A stretch of 64,000 nt of DNA from Octopus vulgaris. Lineage: Eukaryota. The notes beneath the pieces were generated by a model, which searched no databases, had not been told where the DNA came from, and saw only the letters and a list, made by a program, of their open reading frames with translations. The position numbers and the translations under genes are program-made. Positions 12,374 to 25,419 of the stretch are shown here, in pieces; within the stretch, counting starts at the first letter, position 1; the number at the start of each line of letters is the position of its first letter. The DNA lies in contig OX597816.1 in NCBI GenBank assembly GCA_951406725.2, positions 9,672,001 through 9,736,000 on the forward strand, written 5' to 3'.

Positions 12374-12728
12374 CAGGCGTGACTATGTGGTAAGAACCTT
12401 GCTTCCCAACCACATAGTTCTGGGTTCAGTCCCACTGCATGGCACCTTGGCAAGTGTCTTGTACTATAGCCTCAAACTGACAAAAGCTTTATGAGTGGAT
12501 TTGGTAGATGGAAACTGAAAAAAAGCCCATCAAGTGTGTGTGTGTGTGTATGTGTCCCACCACTACTTGACAACTGCTGTTGGTGTGCTTACATCCCTGT
12601 AACTTAGTGGTTCAGCAAAAGCGACCAATAGAAAATATAAGCCCTGGGGTCAATTCATCCAACTAAAAATTCTTCAAGGTAGTACCTCAGCATGGTCACA
12701 ATCTAGTGACTGAAACAAGTAAAAGATA
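12374..12728 (+). mobile_element. SINE family A
   Basis: Colinear with the reverse complement of 10967-11388. Confidence 0.85.
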
Positions 12729-13379
12729 AATGACATTTCTGTTCAAATATGTTGCCTTTATGTCAATTATGAAAAATTTTTGAAATAACTTTGATTTTAT
12801 TAAGTTCATGTTTGTAACATAAATCAACATGAAATTTTGATACAGATTTTGATTCTAGACTACTTTAAGGCAATCAATTTATATAACAAATCTGAAAGCA
12901 GAATCAGGCAGGTTGATATCAAAAGGAATATTCATTACTTAATCTGTAATGTATAAAATATTGCTATGCAAACACATTCCTAGAGTTGAAAAATAATAAT
13001 TAGGAAACTGATGATAAAGTTGTAATGATTGAAACCAGTGAATTCAGATTTAACAACATTAAAATTTATAACATAATAGCTTTATCACAACAAAATCACT
13101 CTATAACTAGTGCTGCTCCCACTTTAGAGTGTACCTCTCAACAAAATAAATGTCAGTACAGCTAATGAAGTAATCACTACACATGAATACCGACATGATA
13201 CAAACATTTTCAGAAACCAGCCAGGAAGCTACATTGTTGCTTAACCAAATCTTCAAAAATGACCCTTAGCATCTTCACAAAAAGAAGAAAAAAAGGTGCT
13301 ATGGAATAACATAGCCTTAGAGACAATAAGCTTGATAAATAAGAGATGAAATGCCGGGAGTGAAACAACTTTAATCACA

Positions 13380-13530
13380 GATCTCACATATATAGATTCA
13401 CAAGAATCTCCTTATAGTTCTATGCAAAGATTTCATATATAGAGGTTCACAAAATTCTCATGGTAAATCTATACAAATATCCTACATATATTGGTTCACA
13501 AGAATCTCACCATAGCCCCATGTATATAAG
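13380..13530. repeat. Diverged ~50-bp minisatellite, three units
   Basis: Recurring CATATAT..(G)TTCACAA(G/A)A(A/T)TCTC core at ~13387, ~13434 and ~13485. Confidence 0.6.
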
Positions 13531-13568
13531 ATTTACCCATGAATGATCAATTTACTGAGATTCCTGTT

Positions 13569-13652
13569 CATCCTGATGAGGGGGTTATTGTCAAGATGCA
13601 CTTTAACACATAATTGAACTGCGGCAGTGAACTCCCGAAATGGCCATAGATG
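13569..13652 (+). ncRNA. Type I hammerhead ribozyme with intact catalytic core
   Basis: CATC-CTGATGA(13573-79)-GGGGGTTATTGTC...GGCAGTGAACTCCC-GAAA(13637-40)-TGGCCAT-A-GATG. Helix I CATC/GATG, ~13-bp helix II with one bulge, palindromic ATGGCCAT helix III, AUA triplet. Confidence 0.8.
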
Positions 13653-14455
13653 TGTTTGACTTGATTTTGTGGAACTCTCTTATGCTCCTGGACTTCAACC
13701 TACTTTGGTTTTTATGAAATGAACTTTAATGATATATTTTTACATGAGGGGAGTAAGAAAACTTTGTTAGTCAAGTGATATTTTATTTTATTTAGATTTT
13801 TAGTCACATGACATGCTTTAGAATTTTTAGTCGACTGTATATGCCTTCTTGATAGGCTGTTCTATATATTTGTATTTTTATTTGCATATATATTTTTTAC
13901 CTTCTGTGTTTTTTTATATATTTATTCTTTATATGTTGGAAGCCATGGTAATATTTATATATGATCAAATGTATGGAAGCGTGGTGTTATATAAAGTCGT
14001 TGACTAGAATTGATGTTTGTTCTCTAATCTATATTTTTTTTTATATGTATTGATAATGATATAGTAAATAAATTATTACTTGTTTCAATCATATCAAACT
14101 ATTTTTAATAATTTTTTCCTTATTTATTTATAAAAACATCAGCAATGATCAGTTAAAAAAACTGTAAGTGTAATACTGAGGACATAACTAAAGCTAGCAA
14201 TTTTATAAGATGTTATATGTTTGCTACCAAAGATAATCTCATTTTGCAAAATTTTCAATTTCATTTAAATTTCTTGAAAATAAAACCAAAAGATTAAACA
14301 TATTTTGAGATCTACTTTTGCTGTGCTTAAAATAGGAATATGTAAATATAGTTCTTGTACTATTTTGAAGTGCACTTGCATACATAATCACAAGGAGATA
14401 CATGTGTTTATGTATGTAAGTGTATTTGCATATATGCATATATATATTTACATAT

Positions 14456-14641
14456 ATCATCATCATCATCATCATTTAATGTCCGTTGTCCATGCTGGTA
14501 TGGGTTGGACAGTTTGACCAGGGCTGGTAAGTTAGAAGGCTGCACCAGACTCCAATCTTATTTAGCATGGTTTTCTACGGCTGGGTGCCCTTCTTAATGC
14601 CAACCATGCTGAGAGTGTAATGTATGCTTTTACATGCCACC
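14456..14641 (-). mobile_element. RTE-type 3' end fragment with (CAT)n tail
   Basis: Matches the reverse complement of the 3' part of 18340-18779. Confidence 0.8.
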
Positions 14642-16140
14642 ATTATATATTTACATATACCCACATGCATTCATCATCAACATCCTTTAACATCTATTTT
14701 CCATGTTGGCATGGGTTGGACATGTGTGTGTGTGTGTGTGTATTTTAACCTCAAAATAATGCATGTTAGTAGTGTTAACAACATCAGACTACATATGTAA
14801 GCTATCATACTAATATTTTTGTTTCCCTTTCTACTTCATACTATAGTGTATAATATATTAACTTGAAATTCATCGAAAAGTCCTCATTCTCTCTTCTATC
14901 CACCATCTTGTACCTTGATAGTACACCATGACACCTTATCACCACTGTCTTTATCTCTCTATTGAGCTACTACCAGCCACCTTAATAATATTATGTGGAG
15001 TAGCCATGTATCTCCTCAATGGCAAGGTAACTATTCATGTCCCTCTACCATAATGTAACCCCTTAAAACCTAATATACAGATGCCTCCCTTTCTACTATA
15101 ACCCTATTCAATCAAGGGTTTGCATCTTGCAAGTGACTTTGTGACCTCATTAGTGCTGGTGTCATGAAAAAAGCACTCAGTCCACTCTGTAAAGTGGTTG
15201 GTGTTAGGAAGGACATCCAGCTATTGAAACCATGCAAAGCAGGCATTGGAGCCCCATCTCCCTTCAGTGGATCCTGTTAAATTGCTCAACCCATGCCAGT
15301 ATGGAAGATAGACATTAAATGATGACGATGATGATGATGACATCATTTTTCCCACCTTTTCAATTTTTTGTTTGATAGTAAAATACCAAAGTAATAAAAG
15401 TAAATTTTATTCTTTTTAGTGAAATTGATTTTTATTTGAAGTCTTTAACTTCCAAAAGACTTTAAAATAAACAGAGACAATAATACTGCACTGGAATTAC
15501 AGTAATACAAGACTGCCCAATGGTACAATTTAATTTGCTCAAAGACTGAATGATCCATTCAGCTGATGTGTATGAACTTGTGATCTGTTTTCATTTCAAT
15601 GAATTAACCTATAGAGATTAGCTTTGCATCCAATAAATTTCAACTCAAGTCCTAGTCTGGTATAAATGAATCAACCAATTTTTATTAGAATTTGATGAGA
15701 AGTCAGTAGATAGCCTGCACTCTGCTTAAATGAGAACATTCATAAGTTTTAATCGGCATATTGGAACAATACCTGCAAAGCATACAAAGAATTTATAATG
15801 AGTAAATTATCAAATTGTATAAACACAGGTCTGCAGGTCCAATAGGAGAGTATCTTCTTTGTTAAGCTGAAACAACTGCTTAAGTAAATTCTAACCGATC
15901 TATTTAGTGTAAATCTATTCCTGTAGTTTAGAATACAAGGAAATTGAATTCATCAAGTTCCTTAAATGTGTTACTGTCTTGGCAAATTGCCTATTATTGT
16001 CTAGTTGTGATTTGTCTTTCTGGAGACTTTAACTCTGATGATCAAAATCAGCATACAAAACCACTGTTTGCCTGGCACATATACAAGAATTTTTTCAAAA
16101 TTCTGCTTCCGTTATTGTTAATAACATTCTTATTGCTAGT

Positions 16141-16161
16141 ACCACCACCACCACCACCACC

Positions 16162-16195
<34 letters not shown>

Positions 16196-16229
16196 CTACT
16201 ACTACTACTACTATCACCACCACCACCAC
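16141..16229. repeat. (CCA)n-(AGT)n-(ACT)n-(CCA)n trinucleotide cluster
   Basis: Read directly; explains the poly-P/V/L and poly-G/S/T ORFs. Confidence 0.9.
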
Positions 16230-17367
16230 TGCTGGTACTGCTCTCACTTACATCATTGTTATGACAGTAACTTCTGCTACTAATACAATTGCTGCTACAT
16301 ACATGATTTATATTAAGGGTATAGAATAATTGATGTATAAAAATTGAAATCATTCCCAGAATTCTGACCTGAGACAAAATAATTTTCTTTGTTTATTGAT
16401 ACATCATAGATTTAACATCCATTTTTCTATGCTTGCATGGCTCAGACAGAATTTATTAAGGCAGATTTTTCTCTGGTCAGATACCTTTCTTGTCATCAAC
16501 CACCACTTGTTTCCATCTTCATCTTCATTTAATTCCACGTCCATACTGGCATGGGCTGGATGGTTTGACAGGCGCAGGCAAGACCAGGAACCACACTGGG
16601 TCCCATTGATGCCCTTCCTATCATCGACCACTTTACAGGGTGTACTGGGTGCTTTTTATGTGGCACCATACCCCATGGACGCATTTTTCATAGAAGATTG
16701 AAACAAACCACATTGATCACATGACAGTGCTGTTCATTAACAACCATCATGTGATGTCAAAACAAGAAGACAGATACACACAGACATAAATATACATATA
16801 TACATAAAAACGACAGGTTTGTTTTCAGAAGAAAGTAGTCTTCAAAAATTCCATGTTTCCTGCTATTTGCCAAGGATACTACTGATGTGCCAATGCACCC
16901 ATTCCTCTTTATAGCTCTTTTACTGTTCACTTTCCTGTCTTTTTTTTGTGCTTTATTTTGTGTACTGTGAATGTACTTTTGGCCTTCTTTGGTCTCTTTT
17001 TTTATTTGACTAATATGTCTGCTTTCTGTACCATCCTTTAACTTTTTCTAGTGAGTTGCAGTGCAGTTAAGTTACTCTACAGTAGCACTCTATACAATAA
17101 TCTCATCATATATATATATATATAGCAAATAGATAGGGATACAATATCCACATCAGTGGCTGGACGTTGAGTTAAGTAATGACTAGCTGAAAGTAACTGG
17201 ATGCAAATGCAGTTGCTAGTTGTCTAAGCAGCAGAAACATGCATTGGACAAATTCAAGTCAAATATGCTGTAACTGACTAGAGAAATGGTAAAAGAAAAA
17301 AGGCAGATGTACTAATCTCTGTATTCATTGTTACTGTATTACACACACACACACACAAATACACACA

Positions 17368-17416
<49 letters not shown>

Positions 17417-17729
17417 TTCTTTGTCTGTTGTAATTCAGAATAGACAGAGCTTTAAGTAATACCATTGTATTTATTTTGTATATCATAGATATTTAGAAAT
17501 TTTCTCTTGAACAGTATCACCAGTAGTCTTTGTCTCTAAAGGATTAAGCAAGCATAAAAAAAGTAGACAAAAAATAATGGAATCCGAGGAAATCAATGAT
17601 GGCAGCAATTCAAAATTGACAAAGTACTTAGGCCACAAAAACATTAAAATTGTCTTCATTGCACATAAAATGGAACATTTAAGATACAACTTCCAATTAT
17701 TTTAGAACAAATATTAATGTGTATGTGTG

Positions 17730-17781
<52 letters not shown>

Positions 17782-18179
17782 AACACACATATATATAAAT
17801 ATTCACACACATACATTATATATATAATCAAATGAATAATAACATACGATGGATAATTCTCAGCTCATTACAGCTGTCTCTTATATAACTTTTTAATAGA
17901 ATGAGAACATTACTCCATTACAAAAAACTGTAATCATTGGATAAACCATAATTTTATGAAAAGAAAATATCCCAAGAATACAGTAGAGATGTGGCTGAAG
18001 TCTGTCAAGGCCAACTTTGAAATGGGAGAATGACTAACAAAGTTGGCTGTTGAGGTTAAGAATATAGTTTGTGAAAATGTGTAATATGATATCTAAGGTC
18101 ACCAACCTGGGTGAGTTAGCAGTCTACTGGACTGGTTCTTAGCTAGGCTGGAGTGGAGTGTAGGTGATATTTTATTATA

Positions 18180-18320
18180 GTAGGCTTAGAGCAGTGGGTC
18201 AGTAATTGCCAACCTCATTGCTCTTTGACAGATCTTTCATCAACAATGTTGTCTTTCCCTCTACAATCCACTCTGGAACTGCACCATTCTGTAAGCAGTT
18301 GTCTAATTGCAACGCAGTTC
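18180..18320 (-). mobile_element. R4/Dong-like non-LTR RT fragment
   Basis: Minus-strand translation TALQLDNCLQNGAVPEWIVEGKTTLLMKDLSKSNEVGNY*PTAL matches the VPEW..G.T.L..KD..K.N...NYRPI pattern of R4/Dong RTs; CGA has become TGA. Confidence 0.7.
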
Positions 18321-18339
18321 AATTATTATTATTATTATT

Positions 18340-18779
18340 GGCTGTTGAGGCAAGTGAAAATCAACATCAAAATCGCAATCGATCAACATCAATGGAATTT
18401 GTAGCTGTGATACTAGTGCCGGTGGCACGTAAGAGAACCATCCAAATGTGGCTGTAGCCAGCACCACCCTGACTAGCCTCCGTACCGGTGGCACGTAAAA
18501 AGCACCATCCGATTGTGGCCGTTGCCGGCTTCGTCTGGTCTCCGTGCCGGTGGCATGTAAAAAGCACCATCCGATCATGGCCATTTGCCAGCCTCGTCTG
18601 GCACGTAAAAAGCACCCACTACACTCACGGAGTGGTTGGCATTAGGAAGGGCATCCAGCTGTAGAAACACTGCCAGATCAGACTGGGCCTGGTGCAGCCT
18701 TCTGGCTTCCCAGACCCCAGTTAAACTGTCCAACCCATGCTAGCATGGAAAGCGGACGTTAAACGACGATGATGATGAT
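18340..18779 (+). mobile_element. Young RTE-type LINE 3' UTR with internal ~55-60-bp subrepeats and (GAT)n tail
   Basis: Four GTGCC(G/A)GTGGCACGTAAAAAGCACC-like units; end AACCCATGCTAGCATGGAAAGCGGACGTTAAACGACGATGATGAT. Confidence 0.85.
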
Positions 18780-18780
18780 T

Positions 18781-19000
18781 AAGGCAGAGAGCTGACAGAA
18801 TTATGAGCATGCTGGGCAAAATGCATAAAGGCTTTTCGTCCATCTTTACATTCTGAGTTCAAATTCCTCTGAGGTCAACTTTACCCGTCATCCTTTTGGG
18901 GTCGATAAAATAAGTACCAGTTGAGCATCAGAGCCAATGTAATCAACTTACTTCCTTCCTACCCCCAAATTGCCGGTGTCGCATCAAAATTTGAAACCAT
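18781..19000 (+). mobile_element. SINE family D (tRNA head plus conserved central domain, tentatively Meta-like)
   Basis: GGCAGAGAGCTGACAGAA...GAGTTCAAATTCC...TCATCCTTTTGGGGTCGATAAAATAAGTACCAG. Confidence 0.75.
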
Positions 19001-19930
19001 TATTATCATTATTACTACTGCTGCTGCTTCTACTACTACTACTACTTTGCATGAGTAATAGTCATTTGATGTATAATTTCTGTTTCTAAATGTGATTCAT
19101 ATAATAAAGATCAGGAGATGATATATCTCAGAAAACTAGTAAACAGTAAAACTAGTTAACAAACCATCAAGGGAGACCCTTTGTGATCTCTTGATCTATT
19201 AGAAACATCAGCTAAAAAAGTTGAGGTTAAAAATGGGAAGCCTTTGATCATAGGTTCACTTGATCAGATTTCTATGATCAAAGATAGAGACCTGTGATCA
19301 GGATTTAACAACTGGTAAACATCAAGAACAATAAAATATGAAGATAATCCAAGGCACAAATCTTACACACACATACACATGAACAAGATCTCAGTCATTA
19401 TTTAGTAAGGTATATGGTTTAGTCAGCTATCACTCAACAATGCGCATGGTTTGCTGACATGAACTATGCTTTTGCTGCTTGCTTTAGGTATCTATGTTGC
19501 CGCAAGCAGACAAACTCTCTATCAACACCTTTATCTTTTATATGTTTCAGTCATTAGACTGCAGCCATGCTGGAGCAACACCTTGAATAATTTTTAGTCC
19601 TTTGTTTTTTTTAAGCTTGGTGCTTATTTTATTGGTCTCTTTTACTGAACCATTAATTTACAGAGACATAAACACATCAGCACTGGTTGTCAAGTGGCGA
19701 TGGTGATGGTTGGCATGGGGCTATAGTAGAAGACATTTGTTCAATGTACCATGCCGTGTGACTGAACCTGGAACCAAATTTCTTACCACACAGCCATGTC
19801 TTCACTCCTGATACAGCAGAGTATCAAGGATGTGAAAATTGGGTGATAGAGCTGTCCAAGTAGCTGGATGACACTCATTTATAGTCGAGTGAACAGGAGC
19901 AATGTGAAACTGTGTTGCTCAAGGACACAA

Positions 19931-20507
19931 GGACACAGCAGCCATATTCCTACCGCTCTATGTCACGCTGGTGAGACCCATATTGGAGTACGGGATTCAA
20001 GCCTCTTTTCCTTATCTCCTCAAAGCCATACAGCATCTGGAAAGAGTCCAGAAGCTGGCTACCCGCATGGTTCATGGTCTCAAGAATTTGTCTTATGAAG
20101 AAAGGCTGAAGACGCTCGACCTTTATTCTCAAGAAAAACGCCGCAGCCGTGGTGATCTCATTCTTGCTCACAACATCATAAGCGGAAAGTGTAACCTCTC
20201 GAAAGAGCTGTTCTTCACTCCTGCTCCAGAGCGTCGGCTGCAGGGTCATTCCAAAAAGCTCTATCTGCGACGATTTCATCTCAATCAAAGGAGAAGGGCT
20301 TTCTCCGTCCGGGTTGCGGATCCGTGGAACAAGCTGCCAGACGAGATGGTGAAGATGCCGACGACCGCTTTGTTCAAAGTCTCCCTTGACTTCAAGTGGC
20401 CTGAACTCTTTACATGAACACCACCCTGTACATAACTCTATGTCCCCCTACATGGCCTTGCTTTTTGCTTTTTGAGCCAAAAAATTAACTAACTAACTAA
20501 CTAACTA
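19931..20507 (+). mobile_element. 3' fragment of a second CR1-clade LINE with (TAAC)n tail, nested in a SINE
   Basis: FLPLYVTLVRPILEYG...LERVQKLATRM...LSYEERL...RRSRGDLI...FSVRVADPWNKLP (ORF 19971..20417); (TAAC)n at 20486-20509; possible ACAA TSD. Confidence 0.9.
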
Positions 20508-21305
20508 ACAATGCATGGCTCGACCAAAAATTGAACCCACACTTTAAAATCAAGAGTTGAATACCTTCACCACGAGGCCACATGCTTTCATTAATAAGAT
20601 ATCCAGTCTAATTCTTCTTCAAAAGCCGATTGTTATTATAATACCACATAAAAGATGAGCACATTATCTTTAGTAAAAGTACATTATCACACAATGAAAT
20701 ATCATAATGAACATTACATTATCATGGCTGATATTATATTTCTTCATTATATTTACAGCAAATAGATATAACACAGAGCTTACTAAGCACAATCTAAGTA
20801 AATACATCTTTGAATATATCGTGTCACAACTCAGAGAATTAACCAATATATTATACTAGCAGTGAAAGAAATAGAAATAAAACAGATGACTCTTCTTTGT
20901 ATTGTTTTTTTTCTTTCTACATTCTACAATGGAGGGACAGACAAAACATTATGACCTGGAGTAAAGATGTAAAACACAAAAAAATAAAAATTAGATAAAA
21001 AAAAGGATCTACTTTTTCTTTTTCTTTTTTGTTTTCATTTCCTTTCATCCTTAATTGAGGAAAAATACTTTTATTCATAATTCCATGCAGTAAATTGAAA
21101 GCATTGTCGTTGCATTATCATGCAGCACTTCTTTCTAGTCTTCATGAAACTTTTTATTTGCACTTATTCGTATATTTTATTTCTTGTAAAACACCACAGA
21201 AAATACTAAAAAGAATAATGAAAACATGGACATGTAGCATTCATTTTGCTTTGTTTTCTATATATATATACACATATATATGTGTGTATATATGTATACA
21301 TGTGT

Positions 21306-21339
<34 letters not shown>

Positions 21340-21366
21340 CATACACACACACACATATATATATAT

Positions 21367-21657
21367 TGGCCGAAGCCAGTGCCGCCTCGACTGGCTTCCG
21401 TGCAGGTGGCACGTAAAATGCACCAATCCGACCATGGCCGATGCTAGCCTCGCCTGGCACCAGTGCAGGTGGCACGTAAAAAGCACCCACTACACTCACG
21501 GAGTTGTTGGCGTTGGGAAGGGCATTCAGCTGTAGAAACATTGCCAGATAAGACCGGAGCCTGGTGCAGCCTTCTGGCTTCCCAGATCCCCGGTCGAACC
21601 GTCCAACCCATGCTAGCATGGAGAACGGACGTTAAACGATGATGATGATGATGATGA
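21367..21657 (+). mobile_element. Young RTE-type 3' end with (GAT)n tail
   Basis: Highly similar to the 3' part of 18340-18779 and to the reverse complement of 31901-32210. Confidence 0.88.
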
Positions 21658-23818
21658 TACATATAAATGCATATGTTTGCCCAACTTCATCACATCATAT
21701 CAACACAATCTTACATCCAAGCTTTTAATAGCAATATGATTTATTTTCTCAACCAACAGTCTCTAAATTGTCTTTTCTGGAAATAAAGTGACAAGCACTT
21801 TTGTAATATTAACATTACTAAGTTTAACTGATTTACTAACTCTTCTTTGCTTCATGAAGAATAGGTTCATGTATGGGTGTGTGGTTTAGAGGTCTGTGTG
21901 TATATGTATGCATGCCTCTCTCTCTGTATGTATATGCATATGTATGTTTGTATGTATGTTTGTATTCATGCATGTATGATTGAGTGCATTTTGTCCCTCA
22001 TCTTGACATGTGCACACTGATTGTAAAAAGAAGCTTCACTATTTATATAAATGGTGTCAATTGCTTGTAGTCCACTGTGAAAATTATGTTCAGGCTTCTT
22101 GACATGTTGTGACAAGTGCTTGCTGATTGTTAACCAAACCTCACTGTTCATACTCACTGTATTGTTTGTATGCAGTCCTCTGTGAAAACATGTCCAGGCT
22201 GTTCATTGTTCAATAGACTGAAGGATTATTACCTTGCTTGAGAAAGATGAGGGATGGTATCAGAAAAGATATCCAGCTGTAGAAAATTCTCCTTCAGTGT
22301 AGTCTTATCTGATCCATGCTAGCAAGGAAAATTGAACATTAAAACTATGATGATGAAGATAATAGTGATGATGGTAGTTGTAGTGGTGGTGCTTATGATG
22401 GTGATTATGAACTAAAGCTCAAACTCAAGAATATGTTTACACCAGCTGGTCTTTTACCAAAGGGCTTTCTATAAAACATCCCTTTCCTACAGTCTTTTTG
22501 GCAGAATGTGATTCTTCTTCAGTATTTTCTCAGCTGTTCAAACATCTATACCATTCATGTGACAAGTTCTAATATGGTGATTCTTCAAGAGATTGCAACT
22601 CCTTATTTTGTTATGCATATCTTCCATACATCATTCTGTCTGTTCTTTCTATAAATTTCACCTGAGTAACTTTAGGCAACTGTCCAATACCACGACAACA
22701 GTACAGTAAAAATCTACATGCAACATAACACAAAAAAAGTGGTGTGAAGTAACCAATTACCTTGAATCTAGTGGAAATAAAATCCAAGTGAAAAAGCTGC
22801 TGAGAGTAAAGGACATGTTGGAATACTGTAGGAAAAGAATGTTGCTCAGCTGGAGTGAGGCATATTTGGAAAAGCAAATGAACTGCTTTATAATCTTGTA
22901 GATTATAAAGTGTGACTAGATTTTTTGTCAGGTTTTCTTTATCTGGTATTAAGGAAAGATTAGGAATTAAAAGAAGATGGAGAGATATGTAAAGAGCTAA
23001 ATATGCTTAGAGAAAGAAATATAATGAAAAAGAATTATAAAGAGAATGAAAAACAAAGAAAACTAAGAAACAGACAGGAGAGAGAATTACAGAGGTGTGT
23101 AAGATATAGTATATGTATATACACATATATGTATGTACCTTACACATGCACACATGTACACACACACATACATGAAAAGAGAGAAAGGGGTGAGAAAGGG
23201 AGCAATGGGAGAGAAGAAAAAACTTTAAAAAAGAGATAATAATAACTGTTGATTTAAAATCTTAAGAAATCTACAGTATACCCCACCATTACTACCACCT
23301 TACCTAAAAAGTAAAATAAAAATCAGAAAACTTGCTCAAGGCTGTTTAAAAATTTTTGTGTTGTATATTGCGATGACTGCAGCAAACTACAACTAAATTT
23401 AATGTTTGTTGTATTTAACAGAAACACAACCGTTATATCTTGCAGCAGTAAAATTTTGAAGACAAATACTATAACTTTTACACACCAACACGTGTGTCTA
23501 CTATTTCTTCTATGACTCTTACTAGCTATCTCTCCATCTATTTATCTATGTATTTATCTAACTTTCTATGTTGTAGCTTTGACAAAACAACAGCAAATTC
23601 TTCCCAGAAAGAAAAGTACAGAGAGAGAGAGGGGGAGAGAGAGAGAGGGAGAGAGAGAAAGAGAGAGAGGGAGAGATTGCATCACTATCAAATCTCCAAT
23701 TCTTTACTCCAAGCTTACCATTTTGTGAGTGTCACAGAGTGGAGATTATCAACATCTTAGCATGGCATACGCTTTGAGAAGATTTTGAGATATGATTGAC
23801 TGAAAACGTGAAAGTGAA

Positions 23819-24045
23819 ATATGTATATGTATATGCATGTGTGTGTGTGTGTCTGTATATATATGCATATCTATATCTATCTATGTATATATATGTATGT
23901 ATCTGTCTAATTTTTCTATATAGATATAAGTATATACATAAACATATTTTTGTGTTTATATGTATACATATATATATACGTATATATTCATGTATACACA
24001 CACACATATATGCACACACACACACACATAATTATATACATACAG
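23819..24045. repeat. Degenerate TA/TG/CA microsatellite
   Basis: Read directly. Confidence 0.85.
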
Positions 24046-25419
24046 GATATTGTAAATATCCAAAACTTTACATTCAGTCTAAAGACACACTACTTTACTT
24101 CTTCCTGATATTTCACGTCTCTTTAAATGCAATTTTCCCTAAATAATGAACCTATCATTGATTTCTTTACTTAAGAGATTTGCCAATTTTTTGTAAGGAA
24201 TCGTGTAGCTGAGTAAATTTTTAGTCCAGACTATTACTAGGGATCATCCAAGGATGAAAGGCAATAATCAACAATTGGCAGCATGGAGATTTTCTTGGAA
24301 CAGTGAGGTACCAACATAGTTCAAACCTGGCAGTTCAAAGAGAGAGTGGGAGAATGAAAGGGTATAAAAAGAGAGAGAGGTGGAAACAGATATGAAACGA
24401 CAATGAGAAAGGGACATATGAAAACAGTCGTGGGAAAAGAGAGTAAAAGAGAGAGGGACAGTGGGAGACAAGAAAGAAGAGTTAAAAAAGAGATGACAAT
24501 AACTGTTGATTCAATATTTTATGGAATATGTCTCTCACCCCTAACTTAAAAGATGTTTTAGTTATATTAATAATATTCATGATGAACCAAAGAGAGTCAT
24601 TCTACATGGCCACTTAACCTGTCAGGAATAGCCAATTCTTACTCGTTTCACACCCCATCATTTAGAAAAAGGAATTACACATTTGACAGCATAGTGCTAA
24701 ATACACCTACGTGCATATATATATATATATATATATATATCATCATCATCATTTAATATGTTTTTCCATGTTGGCATGGGTTGGATGGCTTGACAGGAGC
24801 TGGTAAGGCTGGGAGTTGCGCCATTTTTACGTGGTTTCTATGGCTAGATGACCTTTCTAATGCCAACCACTTTACAGTATACTGGGAGTCTTTATGTGGC
24901 ACCAGCACTAATGTGCACACACACTTACACACATTTTATATATATATAAAAGTTGATGATAGCTGGAATGCCTTTCATCTTGAACTCAGTCTGCAGTCAG
25001 AGCTACTTTGGGAGCTAAAGAACATCATTAATACAAATTTACATTTATTACTGTACAGAGCCAAGTGTTCTATAGAAAATGTACAATTTACTGGCTCAAC
25101 CCCATTATTGATAGTTGTTAAATGAAGGTTATGAATATTTGAACACAGAAGAGTGAAGTATAAAATTGTTGTGATAACAGTGAAGTATCCAACATCGTCC
25201 TTTTTGATGTACCCTTATAAGCTATAAAATAAATATACAAATATAAGTATACTTTTCCTAGTGAAATTTTTTGAGAGTACTAGTATTTGTTTAAGTGAGC
25301 AGTAATATCTGGGGATGTGATATTCTTCTAGGCTACTGCTTTCTTTTAATGAGAGGTGAAAATAAAAGAAACCCTATCCATTTTGATAATGAGAAGCAAG
25401 CATGGATTATAAACACAGA

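Noticed and set aside
15944-16377. ORFs with poly-Pro/Val/Leu or poly-Gly/Ser/Thr resembling membrane or mucin proteins
   Set aside because: Produced entirely by the trinucleotide repeat cluster.
17845-17885. Minus-strand GAGACAGCTGTA resembling a hammerhead helix III
   Set aside because: GAAA is mutated and no CUGANGA partner was found nearby.
18410-18630. CRISPR-like repeat/spacer pattern
   Set aside because: Eukaryotic context, spacers related to each other, no cas genes; it is a retroelement UTR subrepeat.
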